Below, in pieces: positions 35,164 through 47,951 of a DNA stretch of 64,000 nt. Below the pieces are notes generated by a model that did not search any database, was not told the DNA's origin, and was given only the letters and a program-made list of their open reading frames with translations. This DNA is from Octopus sinensis (Eukaryota): NCBI RefSeq assembly GCF_006345805.1, contig NC_043020.1, forward strand, positions 10,044,001-10,108,000, read 5' to 3'. How positions within the stretch are numbered: the first letter of the stretch is position 1; every line of letters starts with the position of its first letter. The translations under genes and the position numbers were made by a program.

Positions 35164-37687
35164 ACCTAAGACTATATGATACAATTTGTCCTTCTCTTGT
35201 TTTTTTTTTTATTTTATCGATCAACATCAATGGAATTTGTAGTTGTGATACCAGTGCCGTTGGCACGTAGGAGAGCCATCCGAATGTGGCCATAGCCAGC
35301 ACCGCATCGACTGGCTTCCGTGCAGGTGGCACGTAATAAACACCATCCGATCATGGCCATTGCCAGCCTCGCCTGGCCTCCGTGCCGGTGGCACGTAAAA
35401 AGCACCATCCGAGCGTAGCCGTTCGCCAGCGTCGTCTGGCACCTGTGTCGGTGGCACGTAAAAAGCACCCACTACACTCACGGAGTGGTTGGTGTTAGGA
35501 AGAGCATCCAGCTGTAGAAACACTGCCAGATCTGACTGGCCTGGTGCAGCCTTCGGGTATCCCAGTCCCCAGTTGAACTGTCCAACCCATGCTAGCATGG
35601 AAAGCAGACGTTAAACGATGATGATGCTGATAAGCAGTTTCATCATCATCATCATCATCGTTTAACATCCGCTTTCCATGCTAGCATGGGTTGGACGGTT
35701 CAACTGGGGTCTGGCAAGCTCGAAGGCTGCACCAGGCCAGTCAGATCTGGCAGTGTTTCTACAGCTGGATGCCCTTCCTAACGCCAACCACTCCGAGAGT
35801 GTAGTGGGTGATTTTATGTGCCACCGACACAGGTGCCAGACGAGGCTGGCACACGGCCACGCTCGGATGGTGTTTTTATGTGCCACCGACACAGGTGCCA
35901 GACGAGGCTGGCGAACGGTCACGCTCGGATGTTGTTTGTTACGTGCCCACAGCACGGAGGCCAGTCGATGCGGTACTGGCTACGGTCACGTTCGGATGGT
36001 TTGAGAGGGAAATTTTGGTGTTATTTCTAACAGGTCAAATAACCATGCAGAGGCTCCCTCACATACCACAGTTTATCTTCGTTATTAGAACAAGCTGTAG
36101 ATAAACATTTCTCCCTTAATCAAGTGGCCTGATTGATAAAGGTGTTTAACTTAGCAAGGCTTGACCGACTAACCCTATTGAATAGATAGCATCAGGTACC
36201 CTGTGTCTGCTGTAGACACACTATGTCTATACTCACCCCGCTGTCATCGACCCCTTTTCACTTCACAATGCTATTAAGATATCTGATTCCTTAAGAATGT
36301 GTGTATGTTGTAGGGAAGTATTTTCAAGGTGTATTAGAAATATTTATTATTAGCTCTCTGGCAGAAACGTTAGCATGCCGGGCGAGATGCGTAGCCGTAT
36401 TTCGTCTGCCGTTACGTTCTGAGTTCAAATTCCGGCGAGGTCGGCTTTGCCTTTCATCCTTTCGCGGTTGATAAATTAAGTACCAGTTACTGGGGTCGAT
36501 GTAATTTGATTGATTTGACTTGATATAGACTCTTCCATTGCCAAACAACTGTTTAAGTACACCAACTTTCTGTTGTTATGACAACCATTATGTTTGTCAG
36601 TGTAGTCACATGACAGTTTTAATTACGTAAACTTGCAGTGGTAATTAGATTTGTCAATGTGATCAAATGGCAGTTTTATTTACATAAGCTGTCATGTGAC
36701 CAAATTGACGAACATTACCATTGTAATATTATGTAATTGAAACTGTCATGTGACCTCTGACTTAATTTACATAAATCAGTGCGGTCACATGACTTTATTT
36801 GCATAGCTCTATTGTTAATGGCAGTCACATGACAGTTTTATTTGCATAGCTGTGTTGTGATTGCAGGTTAATTAGGGTTTGTCTCATTAATTGTCATTGC
36901 TGTCTCTGTTAGGTTTCCATGGTGATGTCGTTATAGCAACAGGTTGTTGTTTGTGGGTCACATGCAGTTGTAGCAGCCTTTGATGCTGTGGGTCACACAA
37001 CTCGATTTGATTTGCATAGTAGCGTTGTCACGGTAACAGTTACGATTCTTTCTCACCGTAACTGCTTCACTGACCCATTCTGGTTTCCATAGTAACCAGC
37101 AAAGAAAAACAGCGAAAGACCGTAAACCAGCACTAAAATTCCAGAATGTACGTAGAAGCATGGTGTAATGACATCATGTGATCTAGTTACCATGGTTACC
37201 ATAAATCTCTGTGAAATACTCTTTACTCTTTTACTTGTTTCAGTCATTTGACTGCGGCCATGCTGGAGCACCGCCTTTAGTCGAGCAACTCGACCCCGGG
37301 ACTTATTCTTTGTAAGCCTAATACTTATTCTATCGGTCTCTTTTGCCGAACCGCTAAGTGACAGGGACGTAAACACTCCAGCATCGGTTGTCAAGCAATG
37401 CTAGGGGGACAAACACAGACACACAAACACACACAAACACACATATATATATATATATACATATATACGACGGGCTTCTTTCAGTTTCCGTCTACCAAAT
37501 CCATTCACAAGGCATTGGTCGGCCTGGGGCTATAGCAGAAGACACTTGCCCAAGATGCCACGCAGTGGGACTGAACCCGGAACCATGTGGTTGGTTAGCA
37601 AGCTACTTGCCACACAGCCACATTGATATTTTGAATTCAAAACAGGAAGAAAACTCCCTGAATTTTTTTATAACACTGTGTGATCAC

Positions 37688-37718
<31 letters not shown>

Positions 37719-40700
37719 GTTTAACATCTGTTTTCCATGCTAGCATGGGTTGGACAATTTGATTGAGGTCTGGCGAAACAGATGGCTGCACCAGACTCCA
37801 ATCTGATCTGGCAGAGTTTCTACAGCTGGATGCCCTTCCTAACGCCAACCACTCCGAGAGGTCCAGTCAGGCAATACTAGCTACGGCCACGCTCAAATGG
37901 TGCTTTTTATGTGCCACCTGCACAGGAGCCAGTCCAGCGGCACTGGCAACGACCTCGCTCGAATTTTTTTTTCATGTGCCACTAGCACAAGTGCCAGTAA
38001 GGCGATGCAGGTAACGATCACACTCGAATGGTGCATTTTATATGCCACCAGTATGGAAGCCAGTTTGTTTCTCTGGCAACGATCACGCTCGGATGGTACT
38101 CTTAGCGCTCCGCTAGCACGGATGCCAGTCATCGAATTTGATCGCATGTAATACATAAGACATATTTCACTGGCGTCCTTGTATCATATATGATACGCAT
38201 TCCCAATTTTTTTTCAACAACCAGAGTAACATGAGACTTATGAAAACAAAGCTTTTGTAGCAAGTCGCCATTTCAAAATAACGCACCAATGTGCAGTAGC
38301 TGGCAATGTAACGTAGTGTCGTATTGCCGAAGAAATATTATTGTTGTTTTTCCTTTGGTTAATATAACTGCTCAACTTGACTTTAAAGAATCGAAATCAC
38401 ATACATATATTCTTTAAGTAACTTTTAGTATCCTTATACTCTTTACTCTTTTACTTGTTTCAGTCATTTGACTGCAGCCATGCTGGAGCACCGCCTTTAG
38501 TCGAGCAAATCGACCCCAGGACTTATTCTTTGTAAGCCCAGTACTTATTCTATCGGTGTCTTTTGCCAAACCGCTAAGTGACTGGGACATAAACACACCA
38601 GCATCGGTTGTCAAGCGATGTTGGGGTGACAAACACACACACACACATACATATACACAAATACATATATATATATATATACATATATACGGCGGGCTTC
38701 TTTCAGTTTCCGTCTACCAAATCCACTCACAAGGCATTGGTCGGCCCGGGGCTATAGCAGAAGACACTTGCCCAAAGATGCCACGCAGTGGGACTGAACC
38801 CAGAACCATGTGGTTGGTTAGCAAGCTACTTACCACACAGTCACTCCTGCGCAGTTATATTAACCAATGGAAAAATGACAATATTTCTTCGGCAATACGA
38901 CACTACGTTACATTGCCAGCTACCGCACATCAGCAGGAGTGGCTGTATGGTAAGTAGCTTGCTTACGAACCACATGGTTCCGGGTTCAGTCCCACTGCGT
39001 GGCACCTTGGGGAAGTGTCTTCTACTATAGCCTCGGGCCGACCAAAGCCATGTGAGTGGATTTGGTAGATGGAAACTGAAAGAAGCCCGTCGTATATATG
39101 TATATATATATATATATATATATGCATATGCGTGTGTGTGTGTGTTTGTGTGTCTGTGTTTGTCCCCCTAGCATTGCTTGACAACCGATGCTGGTGTGTT
39201 TACGTCCCCACTACTTAGCGGTTCGGCAAAAAGAGACCGATAAAATAAGTACTAGGCTTACAAAGAATAAGTCCTGGGGTTGATTTGATCGACTAAAGGC
39301 GGTGCTCCAGCATGGCTACTAAAAATCTGGAAACAAGAATGGATGTTTGAGGCAAACTTATGAAAATACTTTGGACAGGCAAAATGTTAACTAAAACAGA
39401 AGTGTTAAGAAATAACTGGTTAACGAAAATGAAAGATACGGAGATGTACTTGCATAGCAAGTGACCTGGTCTGAGATCGTGTGCTGGAACAAAAACAATT
39501 GCAGCGTGGAACGTGTTTATAAGCCATTTAAGGAACACACAAAAACCATTAGATTCACTTCAACATTTAAATTTAATTTCACTGGCTGTAGAAAAACTAC
39601 CTCAAGAAATTCCCTGCAAGCATGGAAAAATGGATGTTAAAATAATAATTATTTCATAGGCTTAAGAGGAAAAATAAATCATTATCTTAATGACTAATTC
39701 TGGTCAAAAATGACAAGGGAGTCATTCCCTTAAATCCTTAATATGGTTAATCTCTATATACATAAACGGCAAAATCTCTGTCTGTGTGTGTGCGTCTCCT
39801 TTATACAAATCCACAATTTTTCAGTTAGAGGGCTTGCACTTTCTATGGTCATTCAAAACCGTCCAAAGGTGGTCGTGCACATCTTTACATTTCCCCAGTC
39901 ACCCCGCAAATCTCTCTATATATAAACAGCAAAATGTCTGTGTGTGTGTCCTTTATACAAATCCACAATTTTTCAGTTAGAGGGCTTGCACTTTCTATGG
40001 TCATTCAAAACCATCCAAGGGTGGTCGTGCACATCTTTACATTTCCCCAGTCACCCCGCAAAGCCATTAAAAAAAATCAGTAGAAGTAATTTTTTTGTGA
40101 ATTTTCTATCCAAAAACCCAATCAAAATGCCCGAAACTTGATACGCCAATTGAATGCCAGCTAGCTGTATGTGATTGGTCGGAGATCTGGACAGTACTCG
40201 CGTGTATGTGCGCACGCACGCAGCTGTATATGCATACACTAGCACTAATAGTGCTAGTTAGAAATAAAATGCAATGTTGAGTGGTTTTGATGTTTGGTTG
40301 TATAGGGATAACCCAAGTCATGTTTCCGTGTTATTACACCTCCTTTGTGAAGTGTAGTCTGATTGTCACTACAGATTCTTAGAATGACAAGAGAAATATA
40401 TTGAGTTATGGTGAATGAACTCTGACGGGTGCAATAACTTTAAAAGACCAGCTGAGAAAACAGTAATCAGAGATGCCTGCTGCATAAAAAAAAAAGACTA
40501 GAACAAAAAAAAAAGCAAGTAATAGAATGAGTTTTAATGTGCTGTTTGGTGTGGATTTGTTGACTTGTTGAATGTAGATGTGGTGAAGGAGGGTGTCAGA
40601 TGTTTTGGGGGAGGTGTTGTATGTATGTCAGTGACAATGGCTGGTAGTAGCTAGAGTGGAAATGGAGAGGTGTGGTGGTCGTGGTCGTGGGGCGGTTGTC

Positions 40701-41376
40701 TCTTGTTTTGTTACTCCTGTCTCAAAACATTGTGTATACATTTTTACAAGGTCACAGCTGTTTTTGCAATATGTGTAGGCATGTGTAATGAAAACGTGTG
40801 CATATTTTAAAATATTCATATTGATGTAGCCTTATGTAGCGAAGGTAAGGTAAGGTACAAGTGCACATGTAGCTGACATGGAGGTGCATGTGTTTGTGTA
40901 TGTGTATATGTGCGTAGGAGTGTATATGTGTGGTAAGTAGCTTGCCTACCAACCACATGGTTCCGGGTTCAATCCCACTGTGTGGCATCTTGGGCAAGTG
41001 TCTTCTACTATAGCCTCGGGCCGACCAAAGCCTTGTGAGTGGATTTGGTAGATGGAAACTGAAAGAAGCCCGTCATATATATATATATGTGTGTGTGTTT
41101 GTGTGTCTGTGTTTGTCCCCCCTAGCATCGCTTGACAACCGATGCTGGTGTGTTTACGTCCCCGTCACTTAGCGGTTCGGCAAAAAGAGACCGATAGAAT
41201 AAGTACTGGGCTTACAAAGAATATGTCCCGGGGTCGATTTGCTCGACTAAAGGCGGTGCTCCAGCATGGCCGCAGTCAAATGACTGAAACAAGTAAAAGA
41301 GTATTGTTATTATTATTATTGCTGTTTTAGTTGTTGCTTTAGTTCTTTTCTTATCCTTAATGTCCTCTATTTCCAG

Positions 41377-41547
41377 ATCTCTACCAGATCACGATGGCTT
41401 ACTCATACTGGTTGTGTGGAAAAGAAAAAGATATCGCCTGCTTTGATTTGTACTTTCGCAAAAACCCTTTCCACGGAGAATTCACCATTTTCGCTGGCCT
41501 TGAAGAGTGTGTTAGATTTCTTGAAAAGTTCCACTTCACAGATAGTG
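41377..41547 (+). CDS. NAPRT: NAPRT exon 2 ([12 protein letters not shown]...HFTDS)
   Basis: Acceptor ctatttccag|, donor G|gtaagt, phase 1/1. Contains [23 protein letters not shown]. Confidence 0.96.
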
Positions 41548-41671
41548 GTAAGTACAGAGGCAGCTCCAGGATTATTATTATTGTTATTTTTATTATTGTT
41601 ATTGAGGCGGCAAGCTGGCAGGATGTTAGCATGCTGGGCAAAATATGTAGCAGGATGTCACCCGTCTTTAA

Positions 41672-41890
41672 CCCTTTAGTGTTCAGATTATTCAATCAAA
41701 CATAATGCTTATTGATTCCCATTGATTTGAATTAATCATGCATTATCTCATATCTTCAAGATGTTGATGGTGTAATTACTTAATGTAGAATAACATTGTA
41801 GGGTAGGTGTGAGAGCCTGGATCTGGTCAGTTTGAACATAAAACAGATTAAATATTTTGGCCGGATATGGCCAGTTTAAATACTAAAGGG
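41672..41890. mobile_element. piggyBac-type MITE (second family)
   Basis: TTAA|CCCTTTAGT...ACTAAAGGG|TTAA. Other copies at 51529-52184 (with a SINE B dimer inserted) and 63439-63651. Confidence 0.85.
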
Positions 41891-42359
41891 TTAAGTTGAG
41901 TTTAAATTCCACCAAGGTCAACTTTGCCTTTCAGGGTCGATGAAATAACTGCCAGTTGGACTCTGAGGTTGGTATAAATGACTACTGCCCCTCCCAAATT
42001 TCAGGCCTTGTACCTTTAGTAGAAAGGATTATTATTATTATTATTAGTTTTCTGAAAGGTGGGTGAATTGTGCAAGAATGGCCAGTATAAATGGACCGAT
42101 TCTGAGGTTTCGCCTGTAATTGAAAAGGAGAAAGGGGCTCTCTACCCACCTTTTGACCAGGCTCCCGTTGGCTTTTATGGGATTTTCCACCAGGAACTTT
42201 TCGTAACGCCTTTTTCGTTGTTATATTATTTGATTGTTACACTGTTTTTACACGATTTTTTCACAAACGGACAAAACCCTTTGTAACTTTTCATCCTGTT
42301 TTGTCCCTTTATGTTTTCCAATCATGTTTGTCAGCCCTTGTGGCCAATAAAAAGAATTA

Positions 42360-42399
<40 letters not shown>

Positions 42400-42474
42400 G
42401 GGTGGTTAGTTGGCAGAATCGTTAGCACACCGGGCACAATGCTTAGCAGCATTTTGGCCATCTTTACATTATGT

Positions 42475-42811
42475 GCAGGCACATGGCTCAGTGGTTAGGG
42501 CGTCGAGCTTACGATTGTAAGGTTGTAAGTTTGAATCCCAGACCGGGCTGTGTGTTGTGTTCTTGAGCAAGACACTTTATTTCACGTTGCTCCAGTTCAC
42601 TCAGCTGTAGAAATGAGTTGCGACGTCACAGGTGCCAAGCTGTATCGGCCCCTTTGCCTTTCCCTTGAATAACATCAGTAGCATAGAGAAGGGGTTGCCG
42701 GTATGCATGGGCGACTGCTGGTCTTCCGTAAACAACCTTGCCCAGACTTGTGCCTTGGAGGGTAACTTTCTTGGTTCAATCCCACTGTCAGTCATGACCG
42801 AAGAGGGTCTC
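42475..42811 (+). mobile_element. tRNA-headed SINE family E
   Basis: A-box TGGCTCAGTGG, B-box GTTTGAATCCC, central TTGAGCAAGACACTT...CTCAGCTG. A related copy at about 18812-19290 is interrupted by a hAT MITE. Confidence 0.75.
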
Positions 42812-43504
42812 AGCAACATTCTGGGTCCAAATTCCGCCATGTGGTTTCTTTAACAAGATGCCATTCCTAATGCCAACCACTGCACAGTGTACTGGGTGTT
42901 TTTTATGTGACACCAGCACCAAGTGTTTTTTGTATATATTATAATATATACAACACTCTGAGAGTGTTTACTACACTCTCGGAGTGGTTGGCGTTAGGAA
43001 GGGCATCCAGCTGTAGAAACTCTGCCAAATCAAGATTGGAGCCTGGTGCAACCATCTGGTTCGCCAGCCCTCAGTCAAAATCATCCAACCCATGCTAGCA
43101 TGGAAAGCGGAGGTTAAACGATGATGATGATGATGAAGGCGGCGAGCTGGCAGAACCGTTAGCACGCCAGGCGAAATGCGTAGCTGTATTTCGTCTGCTG
43201 TTACGTTCTGAGTTCAAATTCCGCCAAGGTCGACTTTGCCTTTCATCCTTTCGGGGTCGATAAATTAAGTACCAGTTACGCACTGGGGTCGATGTAATCG
43301 ACTTAATCCGTTTGTCTGTCCTTGTTTGTCTCCTCTGTGTGTAGCCCCTTGTGGGTAATAAAGAAACGGATGATGATGATGATATTATAAAAAGTATGAA
43401 CTCTCTCATCATGAGTTCAAACCATCTTTTAGCATTTCATAGCTTGTTCACTGTGGGCCATAATGCTTAATTTAATGTTTATCTCTTTTTAAAATTTTTT
43501 TTAG

Positions 43505-43715
43505 ATATTGACTACTTGAAGACTGTCCTGCCTGAACAAACCAACCCAGGATTCTTTGAGTATCTGAAGAACATGAATGTGAACAGTGTCACTCTTTGGG
43601 CCATTGATGAAGGCACGGTAGTGTTTCCGAAGGTACCACTCATTGTAGTCGAAGGGCCGTTACCTATTGTTCAGTTGCTGGAGACGTGTTTCTTAAATTT
43701 GGTTAACTATGCAAG
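43505..43715 (+). CDS. NAPRT: NAPRT exon 3 ([10 protein letters not shown]...LVNYAS)
   Basis: Acceptor tttttag|, donor AG|gtaata, phase 1/2. Contains [26 protein letters not shown]. Confidence 0.96.
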
Positions 43716-44687
43716 GTAATAACAAAAGAATAATACATGTTGTTATTATTTTTGTTTCAGGTAAAGGACAAATAGATCACTGGTGAAGGGGAAGGACTCT
43801 TAAAAATCCATTTTGTTGGTTGGTCCTTATTTACAGCTCTGTAGACTGGGGCGACATGAACTGAAGTGTATTGCTCATGGACACTGCTACCCAGCCCCTA
43901 ATGTAATTTGTAGCTTTAAAAAAAATCAAGCAACCAGAGGAACAGTTATATGATTACTCATCCAGCTGTGTCTCCCTTAAATCACTCACTGGCCCCACCT
44001 TTTTTTTTTTCCCCTCATAGGCGCAGAAGTGGCTGTGTGGTAAGTAGCTTGGTTACCAACCACATAGTTCCGGGTTCAGTCCCACTGCGTGGCACCTTGG
44101 GCAAGTGTCTTCTACTATAGCCTCGGGCCTAGTAAAGCCTTATGGGTGGATTTGGTAGACGGAAACTGAAAAGAAGCCCGTCGTATATATGTATATATGT
44201 GTGTGTTCAGATGTATGTTTGTGTGTCTGTGTTTGTCCCTCCAACATCGCTTGACAACCGATGCTGGTGTGTTTACGTCCCTGTTACTTAGCGGTTCGGC
44301 AAATGAGAACGATGGAATAAGTACTCGGCTTACAAAGAAGTCATGGGGTCGATTTGCTCGACTAAAGGCGGTGCTTATTCTTTGTAAGCCTAGTACTTAT
44401 TCTATTGGTCTCTTTTGCCGAACTGCTAAGTTACGGGGACGTAAACATACCAGCATCAGTTGTCAAGCGATGTTGTCTAGCAGGCACACAAACATATACA
44501 CATACACATATATATACACATATACGACTGGCTTCTTTCAGTTTCCGTCTACCAAATCCACTCACGAGGCTTTGGTCGGCCCGAGGCTATAGTAGAAGAC
44601 ACTTGCCCAAGGTGCCATGCAGTGGGACTGAACCCGGAACCATGTGGTCGGTAAACAAGCTACTTACCACACAGCCACTCCAATGCC

Positions 44688-44719
<32 letters not shown>

Positions 44720-44876
44720 GCTTCTTTCAGTTTCCGTCTACCAAATCCACTCACGAGGCTTTGGTCGGCCCGAGGCTATAGTAGAAGACACTTGCCCAAG
44801 GTGCCATGCAGTGGGACTGAACCCGGAACCATGTGGTCGGTAAACAAGCTACTTACCACACAGCCACTCCAATGCC

Positions 44877-44908
<32 letters not shown>

Positions 44909-45114
44909 GCTTCTTTCAGTTTCCGTCTACCAAATCCACTCACAAGGCTTTGGTTGACCCGAGGCTATAGCAGAAGACACTTGCCCAAGGCGCCACGCAG
45001 TGGGACTGAACCCGGAACCATGTGGTTGGTAAGCAAGCCACTTACCACACAGCCACTCCTACACCTATATTAATTTGTATTAATGAATATGTCTCCTATG
45101 ATTTCTATTTCCAG

Positions 45115-45245
45115 CCTGGTCGCTACCAATGCTGTACGTTTCCGATTGGCTGCTGGTTTCGATATGAAGTTGTTTGAGTTTGGACTGAGAAGGGCCCAGG
45201 GGCCAGACGGGGGTATGTCTGCGTCACGATACTGCTACATGGGAG
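45115..45245 (+). CDS. NAPRT: NAPRT exon 4 ([11 protein letters not shown]...YCYMGG)
   Basis: Acceptor tatttccag|, donor G|gtaggt, phase 2/1. Contains [13 protein letters not shown]. Confidence 0.96.
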
Positions 45246-45279
45246 GTAGGTTATCATCACTGTCAGCATTTGTCTGTCA

Positions 45280-45750
45280 TAATCATCATCATCATCATCA
45301 CAATCGTCATCATCATCGTCATCATCATCATTGTCGTCATCATCATTGTCGTCATCATCATCATTGTCGTCATCATTGTCGTCATCATCATCGTCGACGT
45401 CATCATCATCGTCGTCGTCATCATCATTGTCATCAACATCGTCATCATCGTCGTCGTCATCATCATTGTCATCATCATCATCGTCATCATCATCATCATT
45501 GTCGTCGTCATCATCATCGTCGTCATTGTTGTCGTCATCATCATCGTCGTCATTGTTGTCGTCATCATCATCGTCGTCATTGTTGTCGTCATCATCATCG
45601 TCGTTATTGTTGTCGTCATCATCATCGTCGTCATCATTGTTGTCGTCATCATCGTCGTCATCATCATCATCGTCGTCGTCATCATCATTGTCATCACAAT
45701 CATCATCATCATTGTCATCGTCGTCATCATCATCATCATCGTCGTCGTTT
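45280..45750. repeat. Compound (CAT/CGT/TGT)n triplet expansion forming the tail of a family C element
   Basis: About 470 bp of mixed triplets continuous with the family C tail at 45750. Confidence 0.9.
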
Positions 45751-47474
45751 AACATCAGTTTTCCATGCTAGCATGGGTTGGACAGTTCGACCGGGTTCTG
45801 GGAAGCTAGGAGGCTGCGCCAGGCTCCAGTCTGATCTGGCAGTGTTTCTACAGCTGGATGCCCTTCCTAATGCCAACCACTCCGTGAGTGTAGTGGATGC
45901 TTTTTACGTGCCACTGGCACAGAAGCCAGTCAAGGCAGCGCTGGCATCGGCCACGTTCGGATGGTGCTTTTTACGTGCCACTGGCACAGAAGCCAGTCAA
46001 GGCGGAGCTGGCATTGGCCATGTTCGGATGGTGCTTTTTACGTGCCACTGGCACAGAAGCCAGTCAAGGCGGCGCTGGCATCGGCCACCTTCGGATGGTG
46101 CTTTTTACATGCCACCGGCACAGAAGCCAGTCAAGGCGGCGCTAGCATCGGCCACGGTCGGATGGTGCTATTTACATGCCACTGGCACAGAAGCCAGTCA
46201 AGGCGGCGCTGGCATCAGCCACGTTCGCATGGTGCTTTTTACATACCACCGGCACAGGTATCACAACTACAATTTCCATTTGATATTTATTTTGATGTTG
46301 ATGTACTTGACACAATAGTTCTCCTCAAGCACAGCAGGTCACAACAAATATTTCAGGAATGGTGTATCCAGAACTACATTATTCAATGTACCATTAGCAT
46401 GATAGTGTGTGTTTTGAGGGGAATTTGATGGCTATTTCTAGCAATTTGCATCACACTACAGATTTGTCAGTGCTCATGATCCTTTATATTTTTCCCTGAT
46501 TATTAAAGAATTACTGCAATTTGTCTTGAGGGTCTTCCTCAATTACAGATGGACAGCCATTATATATGTATATGTATAGAAAATATTCCTCACTGGCAGA
46601 TTCGTTAGCACGCCGGGCGAAATGCTTAGCGGTATTTCGTCTGCTGCTACGTTCTGAGTTAAAATTCCGCTGAGGTCGACTTTGCCTTTCATCCTTTCGG
46701 GATTGATTAAATAAGTACCAGTTACATAATGGGGTCGATATAATCGATTTAATCCATTCGTCTGTCTTGTTTGTCCTCTATGTGTTTAGCCCCTTGTGGG
46801 CAGTAAAGAAATAGGTATTTTGTCTGCCGCTACGTTCTGAGTTCAAATTCCGCCGAGGTCGACTTTGCCTTTCATCCTTTCGGGGTTGATTAAATAAATA
46901 CCAGTTATGTACTGGGGTTGATCTCATTCTCGCTCACAACATCATAAGTGGAAAGTGTAACCTCTCGAAAGAGCTGCGGGGCTGCGGGGTCACTCCGAAA
47001 AGCTCTATCTACGACGATTTCATCTCAATCGAAGGAGAAGGGCTTTCTCCATCCGGGTTGCGAATCCGTGGAATAAGCTGCCGGACAGGATAGAGAAGAT
47101 GCCAATGACCGCTAGGTTCAAAGTCTCTCTTGACCAGAAATGGCCTGAACTCTTTGTATGACCACCCTCCCTGTACATAACTCCCTGTCCCCCTACATGG
47201 CCTTGCTTTTGCTTTTTGAGCCAATAAAAATTAAATTAAATTTAAAAAAATTAAAATCAATTGACTTAATCCATTTGTCTGTCCTTGTTTGTCCCCTCTG
47301 TGTGTAGCCCCTTGTGGGCAGTAAAGAAATAAGAAAATATTCCTCACTGAATTCCATCTGATCTGTGTGAGCATTTGAAAAGTAGACATTGAAATTATGA
47401 AGATGATGATGATGATGGTATTGTTTTATACTTCTATTTTTTTTTTTACCCTTTTTGTTTTCTTTTTTTTCTAG

Positions 47475-47590
47475 GTTTTGATGGGACCAGTAATGTATTG
47501 GCTGGGAAATTCTTTGACATTCCTGTGAAGGGAACACACGCTCATGCTTTTGTAAACTCTTTCATTAACCTCAGCAGTCTTAAGAGCAGA
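47475..47590 (+). CDS. NAPRT: NAPRT exon 5 ([11 protein letters not shown]...GTHAHAF...KSR)
   Basis: Acceptor ttttctag|, donor AGA|gtaagg, phase 1/0. Contains TSNVLAG and GTHAH, which includes the conserved His. Confidence 0.96.
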
Positions 47591-47900
47591 GTAAGGGCAG
47601 CTTGCTTTCCTTGCTTTTTCTTTCTGTTTTTCTTTCTAATTTTAAAGTTGTTGTTGTTATTTAAGCCTGCTACACTATCTACTCTTTTACTTGTTTCAGT
47701 CATTTGACTGCGGCCATGCTGGAGCACCGCCTTTAGTCGAGCAAATCGACCGGGGGACTTATTCTTTGTAAGCCCAGTACTTATTCTATCGGTCTCTTTT
47801 GCCGAACCGCTAAGTGACGGCGACGTAAACACACCAGCATCGGTTGTCAAGCAATGCTACGGGGACAAACACAGACGCACAAACATATACACACACAAAC

Positions 47901-47951
<51 letters not shown>

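Noticed and set aside
45123-45771. Poly-Asp, poly-Met/Thr, poly-Ile/Val and poly-Ser ORFs
   Set aside because: These are alternative frames of one triplet microsatellite.
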